From NCBI GenBank assembly GCA_000165345.1, contig CM000434.1, positions 640,001 to 704,000 on the forward strand: a stretch of DNA of 64,000 bases, given 5' to 3'. A program made the translations under genes and the position numbers. Under the pieces are notes generated by a model. That model was not told the origin of the DNA, searched no databases, and saw only the letters and a program-made list of their open reading frames with translations. Below are positions 52,126-63,185 of this stretch, piece by piece; positions within the stretch are counted from its first letter, which is position 1, and each line of letters starts with the position of its first letter.

Positions 52126-54366
52126 ATGACAAGTAATAATAACGTAGTACCGGTTAGTGCCTCCCTTTATGTGGGTGATTTGGATGCAGATGTGACTGAG
52201 ACAATGTTATATGAAATATTTAATAGTGTTGCAGTTGTATCATCAGTACGTATTTGTAGAGACGCTCTTACAAGAAGAAGCTTGGGTTATGCTTATGTCA
52301 ATTACAATAGTGTAGCGGATGCTGAGAGAGCTCTAGATACTCTTAATTTCACATGCATCCGTGGCCGTCCATGCAGAATTATGTGGTGCTTACGCGACCC
52401 AGCATCCAGAAGAAACAACGATGGAAATGTATTTGTAAAGAATTTGGATAAGTCGATTGATAATAAGACATTATTCGATACTTTTAGTCTATTTGGAAAT
52501 ATTATGTCATGTAAAATCGCTACCGATGTTGAGGGTAAGTCTTTGGGATATGGTTTTATCCATTTCGAACATGCAGACAGTGCTAAAGAAGCTATTTCTA
52601 GGCTAAATGGGGCTGTATTGGGAGATCGCCCAATTTATGTCGGAAAGTTCCAGAAGAAGGCTGAACGCTTTTCTGAAAAAGATAAGACATTCACTAATGT
52701 CTATGTTAAACATATCCCTAAGAGTTGGACTGAAGATCTTCTATACAAGATATTTGGAGTATATGGTAAAATTAGCTCATTGGTCCTGCAATCCGACTCT
52801 AAAGGTAGACCTTTTGGTTTTGTGAACTTTGAAAACCCCGATTCCGCTAAGGCTGCAGTTGCTGCCTTACACAATGCTTTAGTTACTCCAGTAGGGGTTG
52901 AGTTGGACTCTACAGCAGAGACTCCAGTTGATAACGAGGCTGGAGCTGATTCTGAGACATCATCCAAGCAAGAATCTGGAGAAGCTTCTAATAAAAAACA
53001 AACTGCATCTGGCGAAGCATCAAAGGATTCTTCAGGAACATCAAACGAGGAATCTGCACAGAATGAGGATGGATCAGCTGACAAGAATGTTTCAGCTGAT
53101 GTACAACCAAATAGACTATATGTTTCTAGAGCACAAAAAAAGAATGAACGTCAGGTGGTCTTGAAGTCTCAACACGAAGCTGTAAAGGAGAGCCACCAAA
53201 GATACCAAGGTGTAAATCTTTATGTAAAGAATTTGGCAGATTCAATCAATGAGGAGGACCTCCGTTCTATGTTTGAACCATTTGGAACAGTATCTTCCGT
53301 AAGCATTAAGACTGATGAATCAGGTGTCTCAAGAGGATTTGGGTTTGTTTCATTCCTCTCCCCTGATGAAGCTACAAAGGCTATTACTGAGATGCACCTT
53401 AAGCTTGTGCGCGGAAAGCCACTGTATGTAGGCCTTCACGAACGTAAAGAACAAAGAGCACTACGTCTTCAGCAGCGTATTAGAGGGGGTGCAGTCCCTC
53501 CAGTTTTAAGACCCGGAGCAATTCCCCCAGGCCCTCCAGGAGTACATGGAGCTCCCATGCAATTTGGTGTACCACCACAAATGTACTTTATTCCTGGAAA
53601 TCCAAATGTGGCAGCAACTGCTATGCCACATGGAAGAGCGATGGTTACAGGAGGTTTCCCTAATCAAAATGCAATGAATAATCCATGGAGGCCAAATCCA
53701 ACAAGAATGCCATACACTGCAGGAGGTGTGCCTCCTCAAATGACAGGCGGTCCTCAAATGACAGCCTATAATGGCAACGTTATCCAACAAAATGGAGTAT
53801 CTCCAAACGGAGCTGCTAATGCTACCGGGTCTGTCCAAAATGGAGTCACCGGTAATGCAGTTACAGGAGTTCAAGGTGCTCAAAATAACAGAACTGGAGG
53901 AAATAACCAGAGAATTCATAATAGACATGTTCAAGGTAATGGGCAAGGAGGAAGGCCGGGCTCCCATGGTCATCAAGTTCAGCAAATGCAAAAGCAAGGA
54001 TTCAAATTTCCACAAAACGTTAAGGGATCTGAAATGCAGCGCGTGGATATGATGCAAAATAGACAAATGGATTCATCAAACGGCGCACTTGTTCAGAATC
54101 CATTAATCCCTCAACCAGATGTTCCTCTAACTGCTGCTACCTTGGCAGCTGCATCCCCTAGCATGCAGAAACAATTACTTGGAGAGAGACTTTTCCCAAT
54201 TATTGCCCAATTCCAACCAGAATTGGCAGGAAAGATCACCGGGATGATGCTTGAAATGGATAACAATGAATTATTAGAACTTTTGAGTTCTGATATTGAA
54301 ATCAAAAACAAGGTAGATGAGGCCATGGTCGTACTTGAACGTGCTCAGCAACAAATTAGCACGTAA
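52126..54366 (+). CDS. PABP: poly(A)-binding protein (four RRMs plus PABC/MLLE domain)
   Basis: 746 aa. The first RRM starts LYVGDLDADVTETMLYEIF and three more RRMs follow. The C-terminal LGERLFPIIAQFQPELAGKITGMMLEMDNNELLELL is a canonical PABC domain. Confidence 0.9.
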   Translation: MTSNNNVVPVSASLYVGDLDADVTETMLYEIFNSVAVVSSVRICRDALTRRSLGYAYVNYNSVADAERALDTLNFTCIRGRPCRIMWCLRDPASRRNNDGNVFVKNLDKSIDNKTLFDTFSLFGNIMSCKIATDVEGKSLGYGFIHFEHADSAKEAISRLNGAVLGDRPIYVGKFQKKAERFSEKDKTFTNVYVKHIPKSWTEDLLYKIFGVYGKISSLVLQSDSKGRPFGFVNFENPDSAKAAVAALHNALVTPVGVELDSTAETPVDNEAGADSETSSKQESGEASNKKQTASGEASKDSSGTSNEESAQNEDGSADKNVSADVQPNRLYVSRAQKKNERQVVLKSQHEAVKESHQRYQGVNLYVKNLADSINEEDLRSMFEPFGTVSSVSIKTDESGVSRGFGFVSFLSPDEATKAITEMHLKLVRGKPLYVGLHERKEQRALRLQQRIRGGAVPPVLRPGAIPPGPPGVHGAPMQFGVPPQMYFIPGNPNVAATAMPHGRAMVTGGFPNQNAMNNPWRPNPTRMPYTAGGVPPQMTGGPQMTAYNGNVIQQNGVSPNGAANATGSVQNGVTGNAVTGVQGAQNNRTGGNNQRIHNRHVQGNGQGGRPGSHGHQVQQMQKQGFKFPQNVKGSEMQRVDMMQNRQMDSSNGALVQNPLIPQPDVPLTAATLAAASPSMQKQLLGERLFPIIAQFQPELAGKITGMMLEMDNNELLELLSSDIEIKNKVDEAMVVLERAQQQIST

Positions 54367-55286
54367 ATCTAGAGATTCTGAGTCTTTTTTTTTGCTACTA
54401 GAAGTGTTATAACACTAGATTTTTTTTTATTTCTACGCTTGTTTTAACTTTTTCCATTGCTTTTCTAAATTAGTGTAATACAAATCTTGATTGCTTCTAG
54501 AATCAATGTGTAAATTTCTCTCTTCACTCCTTTATATGCGTTTCGAATGGTTTTTACCACTATTGTTATTAATGCAACTACTACTACTACTGATCCCGGT
54601 TCATCAAGAGTTTGAAACAATGTCTTTAATCATTATCGTCACATTAAATAAACATTACTTTATATATAGAGAGCGCGCACATGCATGTAAAATTTCAAGT
54701 GCATGCAAATTGTCAAAATCTGTGAAAGTTAACTAATAAGAAAGAAAACATATCCTAATTAAAATTTACTTAATCTAGATACACAGCCTAATCCAATTCA
54801 CTGCAACTTTTTAATTAAACAAATACACTCATTAATTTTTTTTTTTTTTTTTTTGCTACTAAAAATAAAACCATTATTTTTCTTAAATTCATCATTACTA
54901 ATGTGTCCACATAAATTGACAAATGCAATTATAAAAATTACATGATGTTGGCGCCCAACACGTAATCTAAATTAAAAAAATGGGGAAATATAAGTAATTA
55001 ATGCTAAATAGATAGAGGGGAAATTATATGGGGAAAAGTCAGGACAAAATTTACATGGAAAATTTGAGAAAAAATATTTGAAAAATAAACGCTTTTAAGT
55101 AATTGATTTTTTTTTTAAAGTGTTTATTAAAATCAAGAGTATTATATTCATGCTAACTAAGGAAATATATTGTATAAATAGTACCAAAGAAGTGAATAAT
55201 ATATTTGAATTGGCAAGATAAATAAAAAGATATTTATCCAAAAAAAAAAATTAAAGTGGAAGAGTGAGAGAAAACTTGAGGAAAAA

Positions 55287-56570
55287 ATGACTCAGGGAGT
55301 AATTTTGGAAATGATTCCAAGAGTAGAACAAACGGAAAATGTAATCGAAGAAAAACCTGTTGAAAATAATGATACTGATTTAGCAAAACTAAGTAATAAA
55401 ATCTTTGGTAATGAAATGGCTAATGTTCCACTAGTTTTCGATGAATTTCCAGTGACGAAGTTGTTACTCAGCTTTTTTGTAATACTATTTATATGTTTTG
55501 GAGTGATTGACATGATTCTAGGCTTTATTAGGCTTGGATTAATGTCATTTATTATTTCAATGTTTGTGTTATTTTTCAGATGTGGAGAAAGAAATCGTCA
55601 GCATAGTTCCATTTTTGTACTTTTTATTGTAGCATTGACCTCATCTCTAAGTTGGAATTCAATATCAAATTATATATTGAAAAATGAAGGAACACTTTTT
55701 GAAGAGAAAATATACCCACTATTGATTCTCGAGTTTTCATCATCACTATTTTTAACACTTTGGCTAATGTTAATAGCTCTTTCTGGTTATTCTGTTAAGA
55801 ATCAGCAAAATATTTATATTGATAATCAATTGTACAGAACAAACACAAATTTACGTTTTACAGCATTATCCGCTTTTAACTGGTATCTAATTTCAATGGG
55901 ATTTGAATTTTCAGTTCTTGTTTTATATTTATTGGAAGGATTTTACATAGTTTCAATCATTCCATTTATAAGTTTGCTAGTTTCAATGTTTTATGTAATT
56001 AGCAAATCCAAACGTATTTTACAATATTCAGAAATCTTTTTACCGTTTGTTATGTTGGCATATGTAATACTTAGAATGATTTATGAGTGGGTGGCTCCTG
56101 ATGACTATTCATCTATGATTGGAGCCTATTTGGTAACTATTATGGTCTTTAAACAGGTTGTCGGTCTTTCAATCTTATTTATCCCAAGCATTAACTATTA
56201 TGACATGATTAATGATAATGGTTCATATAGTGTCACTGTTGTTGTTTCTTTTAAGATTCATCAAAATAAGCAAGAAAATGCTGTTAAGAGTGCAGATATT
56301 ATTGATATTTCACCCACAAACAGAGTAATTGCTGAAAATCCCGAGTCTGAAAATAGGGAAGAGGAGGCTATTACAGTAATTCAAGTCTCTTCTAGCGAAG
56401 ATCCGGAAGGATTGATTAAATCCGTTCAAAATGATCAAATTGAGTTAAATAAAGAATCATTTGACTTAGAAACGCAAAAAAGTCACTCCGCAGTAGAGGA
56501 TGACGCAGAAGCAAATATCCCATACGAGGATGAGTCTTTAAAAATTGAAATAAATAGTAAATTAAATTAA
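55287..56570 (+). CDS. multi-pass membrane protein (hypothetical)
   Basis: 427 aa with about 8 hydrophobic helices and an acidic C-terminal tail. Confidence 0.5.
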   Translation: MTQGVILEMIPRVEQTENVIEEKPVENNDTDLAKLSNKIFGNEMANVPLVFDEFPVTKLLLSFFVILFICFGVIDMILGFIRLGLMSFIISMFVLFFRCGERNRQHSSIFVLFIVALTSSLSWNSISNYILKNEGTLFEEKIYPLLILEFSSSLFLTLWLMLIALSGYSVKNQQNIYIDNQLYRTNTNLRFTALSAFNWYLISMGFEFSVLVLYLLEGFYIVSIIPFISLLVSMFYVISKSKRILQYSEIFLPFVMLAYVILRMIYEWVAPDDYSSMIGAYLVTIMVFKQVVGLSILFIPSINYYDMINDNGSYSVTVVVSFKIHQNKQENAVKSADIIDISPTNRVIAENPESENREEEAITVIQVSSSEDPEGLIKSVQNDQIELNKESFDLETQKSHSAVEDDAEANIPYEDESLKIEINSKLN

Positions 56571-56730
56571 ATAAGTAGGTAAATTTTTGAAAAGAAAAAC
56601 CTACATATAGTGATTCAAGCCTGAATATTTTCGAATTCTTGATTTTTATTTAAAAAAATTATGCTTAAATAGAAAATAGGTAATAATTAATTTTGAATTT
56701 ATTTTTCTTTTTTTTGTTAATTTGCTTGCA

Positions 56731-56794
56731 ATTGCATGTATACCGGTATTGCAATATTGTCATGCTAATAGGCGGCAAAGTTGCCCCACGTAAT
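56731..56794. promoter_or_regulatory. promoter cluster: GCATGTATACCGGTATTGCAAT ... AGGCGGCAAAG
   Basis: The palindromic ATACCGGTAT at 56740..56749 lies 138 bp upstream of ATG 56887, with an E2F-like GGCGGCAAAG at 56771. Confidence 0.45.
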
Positions 56795-56886
56795 ATTATT
56801 TGAAGGTCAACAATATTTTGTGTGCAAATAAAATTTTAGTATTAAAAAGTAGGGATTAGGTTAGAGAGAAAATTGTGAGGTTGTAG

Positions 56887-59800
56887 ATGAATAGAATTCG
56901 GAATGCGGTAAGATTGAGGAGGAAAGAGTCCCAAGAGACTACAGGAAAGAAGAGTGAAGGAGAGATAAATTTTCAATCGGAGAATAGTAAGGGCTTAAAT
57001 ATTGTGGGGAAGGAAAATTCGGGTGAAATTGGAATTCCTGAAATTTTGAGTTATTTTCCTGACTTATACGTCGATAGTTCGAACGGATTTTCCGCTAATG
57101 GAGGAGGAGTTGGACAAATGATTTGTGGAACAATATCATCCTTTTTCGAGGATACTTGGAACAGAGCAATGGGTGAAATGAAACAGGTCAAATCAAGAAA
57201 TATTTGTAATTTATCATCTGATTTAAGTCTTGGTATTCATTTGAAAAGAGAATGGCATCGTTTGTGGCTTGTAAGAAGCTTTTTGGCATTCGCATGGGAG
57301 AGTTATCTTGAAGACCTGATGATTGAAAATGATAAGTTTCCTAAAGAATATTTGAATCTCCCTAGTTATGGCACTAATTTGGAGGGAATTGGTAAAATTT
57401 CCCTTGGTGAGATTCTTTGTATTGTAAGTTGCAGCAAATTGACTTATTCTGAAAAGAGTACTATTTCAATCCCATTTTCTACAATTCAAGGCAAGATGAT
57501 AATTAAAAAATCACTAAGTTTTAATTATAATCTTCATTGGAAGACCCCTACTCCTAATACAGTTGCTAAATTTCGTGTTCTTCAGGATCAGAAAAAGCTG
57601 CCAAAGACAAATACTAGTAATGTTGAAGGTGGAGATTCTGTATTTATGTCATTGGATATTGATAATCCCCAGTTTCTTTGGAAAAGTTCTTTTTCTAATC
57701 AAATTCCAAAAGAGTTTGAAGATCTTCAAACACTTGCATCTTCCGTAAGAGTTCTAAGAAAGGATGAGACAGCAAAGTTTACTATTGATGGTAAGAAAAG
57801 TATTGTAATAAAATTACTTAATTGGTATCGTGAGACACAAGATATAATTACTTATGAAAACAAAAATGTAAATTGTAAATATTTTATTGAACAAGAAGAC
57901 TTTTACTTTGACAATGATTTAAACAATTCTCAAATTCAAGGAAACGTGACAAGTGTTGAGTATTCCATTACTTCCGATGATAATAGAAAAAGGAAGCTCT
58001 TCACTGGTTTGACATATATATCTAATGGAAGTTATTTCTCTCCAATGTTAGGAACGGTAATGAGAGGAAATTCTAAAGCCGTTATTTACATTACCAAAGA
58101 GTTAGCAAATCTTGAATTGGGAATATTAAAAAAACATTCTGATAACTCCAAGTTTTCAAATTGTCTAAGAAGTATTGTGACTGGAATGGACTCTGGAAAA
58201 AGATATTTTCTTCATTTAGAGATTCCTTCAATAGAAAAAGAGCTACAAGATCTTCAAATAAAAGAAAAAAATAAGACTTTAATGTTTAAACATGTTATCC
58301 AGAATAAAAAGCAATTTGAAAGCAGAATACAACTACTACAAGACCTAAAAGCTTTTGGGCATTTAGTACTTTCCAAATTTTCCATTGGAAATGGAGAGTC
58401 TGCAATAATAGAGAATGTATATATTAGGGAAATTGGAAACGATCCTATTCTATTGGAAACTCTTAGAGTCAAGTTAAATCAACATCTCCTTGAGAATAAC
58501 TTATTTGAAGTTCCATTTGTATTTTTTGAAATTGAAAATCATTCTAAGAGTAAATATCAGGCTTTTATAGTTTGCCCTTGTATCAGAAATTATAATGAAC
58601 TACTCTTTTATTCTCACTTTAGGTGGCTTAAAGGGGAATATATAAAAAAGAAAAGGTTTGAAATCAGTCCAAATGAAGCTTATTCAAGACATATTTTTGG
58701 AGATTTGAGACAAACCAAGGAACAGAATCATCAAAGGAATGACCAAATTCAAATGGGAATGTCTCATTACAATAAAGGAGTAACTCTACTAGTAGAGCTT
58801 GGAAGATTCAACTTCCATCTAGAAGAAGGAATTTTGGAAGATCTGAGAGATAATAGAAGTCTATATTCTTTAGAATGGGAATTTGAATGGTTAAATAATA
58901 ATTCTGAAGGAGGATTATCCTTATTCTTCCATGTTTTAAGAACTTCCTTTTTTATATTATATGAATCTTATGGAGGAGCAATTTCTGATCTAAATCAGGT
59001 TCTACTTGATACACTTAACTTTACTAATATTCAAAAATGGAAATTATCTTTAAGATTTGAGAAAATGATGGAGTTTTTGATCTTAGAAACTAAAAAAAGA
59101 GCTGGATCTATCTATTTTAATATTATTGGATTATTATCCCAGTTATTAATGGAAATTCACTTAGAAGGAAAGACCAGTAAAAGATTAGTTGAGGAAATAT
59201 TGAACAAAGTAAGAGAAAGTATGAAACATGCATCAGTTCAGATTATTTTGTTGGATTACTTGGTAACTTGGATACTAATTAATGTTTCAGTATTTAAAGT
59301 ATGTACAAAGGATTTATCTTTGAAACTTGGGAGTATTTTCCAGAATCTCCTAGTTTTTCATAGAATTTGTAGAAAATTTCTTCAGGATAGAAAAGATCAA
59401 GTTCAAATTCAATTGGAAGTTTTATGTGAAAGAATGACTTTTACAGGAATTATTAATAGTATTTTACCTGTTACGACATCAAATATGAAAGGAGAGAATG
59501 GAAAGGAGGCATTTTTCAAATACATCATGAGGTTTTATATTTTTGAGAAGTTGTCTCAGTTTTTGGTAAATCCAATGGATGCAGAGACTCAATATAATAA
59601 TGAAAAGATAAGTTACTTTAATCTTCTCAGAGAAGAACCAACACTTGATATATTATCTTTGGGAGATAATAGAAGTGGGGTACTAGGACTAGGATCTCCC
59701 AGAATACAACTTTTTTCCGATTTGGAATGTAATCTTTACCGAGGGTTATCAAAAATCAATGAAACTTTCTTGCTAGATAGAGTTGAGGAAGAGAAAACAA

Positions 59801-61221
59801 AAATTTTACAAGATGTTATGATATCAGATGAATCATTCTTAGTAAAGGGAATTAGTTCAATAGCTTATGGGACTGATCATATTGTCATTCTTGGAAAAGA
59901 GGGAGATATTTTGATTTGGGGTAGTAACTCTTCAGGCCAATGTTGTATTGAAAAGAAGCCTATTAGCAAAAAGATTAATGCTGAATTCAATAATGAAAAA
60001 GATTCAAAAGAATTATTAAAAAGAATTGAAGATTATGAGAATACAATTTTTTACCCAACTCGGATATCTTGTTTCTCAAACATTTGTGATAAAATAACAA
60101 TTAGCAAGATTGATTGTGGAGCTTTTTTCACTCTTGCTTTGGATCATAATGGAGATTTATTTTCATGGGGTCAAGGTAGAGATGGATCTCTTGGGACAGG
60201 AAGCTACGAGGACTCATTTGTCCCACAGAAAATTAAACTTGAAAACAAAGTTAAATCATTTTCTGCAGGAATGTTCCACTGTGGTGCTATTGACGAGAAG
60301 AATCAACTTTATGTTTGGGGTTCAAATGAATTTGGACAACTTGGGACAAAACTATATATGGATAATAAGAATTTAAATACCCCTTTTAAGATTTTAGTAA
60401 AGTTTTCAAGAAGTAGCGTGACAAGTTCAAAAATAACTTTAGTAGCTTTAGACAAACAAGATTCAGGAAATACAGAAGAAATAGTTGAATGGAAAGGAGT
60501 GTCTTTTGGAGAAGCTCATTCAATTGCTTTGGATACAAATGGACTTGTTTGGGTATGGGGCCAAAACAATCTCAAACAATTAACGGGAATTCCAGAAATA
60601 CTTGAGACAGAAATAATGATTTCTAATAATATAATTTCTTCAGATTATTATAGAAAACTATGTTCTCAAGTCATTTTCCCAACCCCCTTAGTATCTACAG
60701 ACAAAGTAGTGGTTTTTGCTTCCAGGAAGATTAACATGATCTTCTCAGGAAGTACTACTTGCTGTGCTATTGATGAACAAGGAAAACCTTGGTTATGGGG
60801 ATTAAGTTTTTCAGGAATAGATCATCATAACGTTAATTCAATATTTTCAAGGAAGAATACTTCTGGTTCTACCGAACATAAAAATCTTATTGAATTTGAG
60901 TTTCCTGTTCGGGTTTTCAGAAATATTACTCCAGATTTTGATTCAATTAGAACAGTAAGATTTGGAAAGGGAAATAACAATATTTCAATGGTAAGCAGAC
61001 TAGGAAGATGCTACCTCTGGCTTGAAAACAAAGATTTAGTTACTGATCAAATGAAGTATTTGAATAATCATAACTGTTTTATTCTGGAAGACTTACAAAG
61101 TATTAGTTTCAGAAATAACCATTTAAAAAATTCTCGTCATCATTCAATTCTTGACGTAGCTTTACTTTCAGATTCAATTATCTTTATAACCAAGAAAACT
61201 AACAAAGTCAAAAACAATTAA
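56887..61221 (+). CDS. large protein with a C-terminal RCC1-repeat propeller
   Basis: 1444 aa. The C-terminal 500 aa carry repeated RCC1-like signatures (GDNRSGVLGLGS, WGSNSSGQCC, WGQGRDGSLGTGS, WGSNEFGQLGT). The N-terminal 900 aa match no family I recognise. Confidence 0.65.
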   Translation: MNRIRNAVRLRRKESQETTGKKSEGEINFQSENSKGLNIVGKENSGEIGIPEILSYFPDLYVDSSNGFSANGGGVGQMICGTISSFFEDTWNRAMGEMKQVKSRNICNLSSDLSLGIHLKREWHRLWLVRSFLAFAWESYLEDLMIENDKFPKEYLNLPSYGTNLEGIGKISLGEILCIVSCSKLTYSEKSTISIPFSTIQGKMIIKKSLSFNYNLHWKTPTPNTVAKFRVLQDQKKLPKTNTSNVEGGDSVFMSLDIDNPQFLWKSSFSNQIPKEFEDLQTLASSVRVLRKDETAKFTIDGKKSIVIKLLNWYRETQDIITYENKNVNCKYFIEQEDFYFDNDLNNSQIQGNVTSVEYSITSDDNRKRKLFTGLTYISNGSYFSPMLGTVMRGNSKAVIYITKELANLELGILKKHSDNSKFSNCLRSIVTGMDSGKRYFLHLEIPSIEKELQDLQIKEKNKTLMFKHVIQNKKQFESRIQLLQDLKAFGHLVLSKFSIGNGESAIIENVYIREIGNDPILLETLRVKLNQHLLENNLFEVPFVFFEIENHSKSKYQAFIVCPCIRNYNELLFYSHFRWLKGEYIKKKRFEISPNEAYSRHIFGDLRQTKEQNHQRNDQIQMGMSHYNKGVTLLVELGRFNFHLEEGILEDLRDNRSLYSLEWEFEWLNNNSEGGLSLFFHVLRTSFFILYESYGGAISDLNQVLLDTLNFTNIQKWKLSLRFEKMMEFLILETKKRAGSIYFNIIGLLSQLLMEIHLEGKTSKRLVEEILNKVRESMKHASVQIILLDYLVTWILINVSVFKVCTKDLSLKLGSIFQNLLVFHRICRKFLQDRKDQVQIQLEVLCERMTFTGIINSILPVTTSNMKGENGKEAFFKYIMRFYIFEKLSQFLVNPMDAETQYNNEKISYFNLLREEPTLDILSLGDNRSGVLGLGSPRIQLFSDLECNLYRGLSKINETFLLDRVEEEKTKILQDVMISDESFLVKGISSIAYGTDHIVILGKEGDILIWGSNSSGQCCIEKKPISKKINAEFNNEKDSKELLKRIEDYENTIFYPTRISCFSNICDKITISKIDCGAFFTLALDHNGDLFSWGQGRDGSLGTGSYEDSFVPQKIKLENKVKSFSAGMFHCGAIDEKNQLYVWGSNEFGQLGTKLYMDNKNLNTPFKILVKFSRSSVTSSKITLVALDKQDSGNTEEIVEWKGVSFGEAHSIALDTNGLVWVWGQNNLKQLTGIPEILETEIMISNNIISSDYYRKLCSQVIFPTPLVSTDKVVVFASRKINMIFSGSTTCCAIDEQGKPWLWGLSFSGIDHHNVNSIFSRKNTSGSTEHKNLIEFEFPVRVFRNITPDFDSIRTVRFGKGNNNISMVSRLGRCYLWLENKDLVTDQMKYLNNHNCFILEDLQSISFRNNHLKNSRHHSILDVALLSDSIIFITKKTNKVKNN

Positions 61222-61274
61222 TCTTTATTTTTCAGTGACTACGAAAAAAAAATCCCTTTCCATTCACAAACACT

Positions 61275-61334
61275 ATACCGGCATTCCAATAGCTACATGC
61301 ATTATTCTATAAAAAATTGGCGGGCTTTTGAGGA
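61275..61334. promoter_or_regulatory. promoter cluster: ATACCGGCAT, TACATGCATT, TTGGCGGGC
   Basis: 100 to 150 bp upstream of ATG 61430. Confidence 0.4.
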
Positions 61335-61429
61335 AAAGTCCTGGCGAGATATTTATTATTAGGAAAAAGTAATTGGGGGATGTAAAAGAGTTTAGTAAAA
61401 ACGAGTAAAATTACAAGGAAAGGTTGATA

Positions 61430-62734
61430 ATGGAAGAGTTTCACCGTATTCCGATAGTAATAGTGGAAGATGAAGATGAGTTGGAACGGATAGTGAATGA
61501 AGGCAAGAACAAATTAGAGGTACAAGATGAAGATGAGGATAAAAAGTCACGTATAGATCCAAAGGATTTGGCAAATCGAATGAAGGAGAAGGGTGGACAA
61601 TGTTACAAAGAAAAAAAGTTTGATGAAGCTTTAGGGTTTTATTTGAAAGCATTGGGGATTTTAGAATTGGAACAGAGCTTGAAAGAAAATGGAGAAGATT
61701 TTGAGTTGTTGATGGGAGAAATTGTACTAAGGAGTAATTGTATAGCTTGTTATGTAGAGAAAAAAGATTTTGAAAGAGCAGTTTCTGAGTCTAGAAAATT
61801 ACTGAAATATATTAACGAGGAAGGAGACTTTTATTTAAAGAAAAATGGAGAATTACCAACTTTGTGGGTGAATATTGAAAACAAAACAAGATATAGATTA
61901 TCTGTATCTTTATATAATTTATTTGGATGTGGTGATGTTTTCTCTGATGAAATCTCAAAATCTTCTATTAACGAGTCTTTTGAAATGATTCAAACAGTTT
62001 TGGACTACTACCAACATTGGTTAAAGGTATCACCACCTCACGAGATAACTGTTTTGTACTCTAAAGTAAAAAGAGCTATAGAATCTCAGAATTATGAAAC
62101 AAAAAAAGTTAATTCATCACTTGAAAACCTGGATTTCAGAGAAAAAGAAGTTCAATCTCAAACTGAGAAACAAGATGAAGAAGAGATATCTACAAAACAA
62201 AACGAATCACACTATCTAACATCCTACATAACATGCTTTTTAGAAGAGTACTTTGAAGAATCTGGCTCTTGTCCAAAATCTATTAAATCTCCAATCCAAA
62301 TTGTAGACAAAATGAACTGTAACAATTCAATAGAATTCCTTCGTATATGGCAAAACATCTATCAAAACAACCAGTTTATTGATTACTACTTATTTTTTAG
62401 TCATATATTCACAAATTTGGATAAAATATATAACAAGACAGAAATAGAAGTCAATATATTGGAAAAAATTCTTGAAAGGATATCCGTTGTTCTCGATGAA
62501 TTGTTAAAGAATTCTTTTCAATCAAAACCTAAAGAGAAACTTATTTCACACATCTTTAAAATTATCCAGAATTTGGAGAAAACAAAGAGATTCGACTTTG
62601 TTGTATTAATGCTTAATGAAAACTTTCAAATTTTAAATAAGATGGTTCAATTCGAAAAATATTTAAGTAATAATCTTCTACAAGAAATTAAACATTTCCA
62701 AGAAAATCAAACTTCCAAAGGAATCCAAATATAA
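61430..62734 (+). CDS. hypothetical TPR-like helical protein
   Basis: The ORF track starts at TTG 61424; the first ATG is at 61430. A TPR-like segment is GQCYKEKKFDEALGFYLKALGI. Confidence 0.45.
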   Translation: MEEFHRIPIVIVEDEDELERIVNEGKNKLEVQDEDEDKKSRIDPKDLANRMKEKGGQCYKEKKFDEALGFYLKALGILELEQSLKENGEDFELLMGEIVLRSNCIACYVEKKDFERAVSESRKLLKYINEEGDFYLKKNGELPTLWVNIENKTRYRLSVSLYNLFGCGDVFSDEISKSSINESFEMIQTVLDYYQHWLKVSPPHEITVLYSKVKRAIESQNYETKKVNSSLENLDFREKEVQSQTEKQDEEEISTKQNESHYLTSYITCFLEEYFEESGSCPKSIKSPIQIVDKMNCNNSIEFLRIWQNIYQNNQFIDYYLFFSHIFTNLDKIYNKTEIEVNILEKILERISVVLDELLKNSFQSKPKEKLISHIFKIIQNLEKTKRFDFVVLMLNENFQILNKMVQFEKYLSNNLLQEIKHFQENQTSKGIQI

Positions 62735-62828
62735 ATCTCTTTTATTTCTATTATTTAAAGTATAAAGGAGATAAATTATTATAAAATTATTTTATTGTCT
62801 TACCATGACTAACCTTTTATTTTCTGGA

Positions 62829-62866
62829 TTGGCGCCACACATCTTAGATGGCGGGCTATGGCGGAA
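62829..62866. promoter_or_regulatory. triple E2F-like cluster TTGGCGCCAC ... TGGCGGGC ... TGGCGGAA
   Basis: About 330 bp upstream of the mucin-like gene ATG, followed by a purine-rich leader. Confidence 0.45.
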
Positions 62867-63185
62867 TTATATTAGATCACGAGGAAAGTATTGTCTTAAT
62901 GGATCTAAAAATGATTGGAATATAAACAAAAGAAGGGCTTAGAGAGCGAACCAAAGTTGTGTTTTTATAAGGGATTCTTCGGAAACTGGGAATTTAGATT
63001 TTCTAAGAACTTATTTTTTTTTTTATTTTAAAACTTTCAAGGTTGAAGAGACTGAAGAAATATTCAGAACTAAACTCTTAACCTCTGTTAAGAAAGAAAT
63101 CTAAATTAGTAAAAAAGCAAGAAAATTCACGATTATAGTAAGAAGATCATCAGATTACTCATTTATTAATTTGGAGTTATCGAAA

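Noticed and set aside
53506-54066. 186-aa minus-strand ORF, and other internal ORFs (52701..53084, 21793..22254, 2497..2748, 34977..35543)
   Set aside because: All are antisense or off-frame overlaps inside long, homology-supported CDSs (PABP, the coiled-coil gene, RCC1, the HEAT protein).
54491-54736. 81-aa ORF in the PABP 3' flank
   Set aside because: Leu-rich, AT-rich translation with no start context or homology, in a region more likely to be 3'UTR or intergenic.
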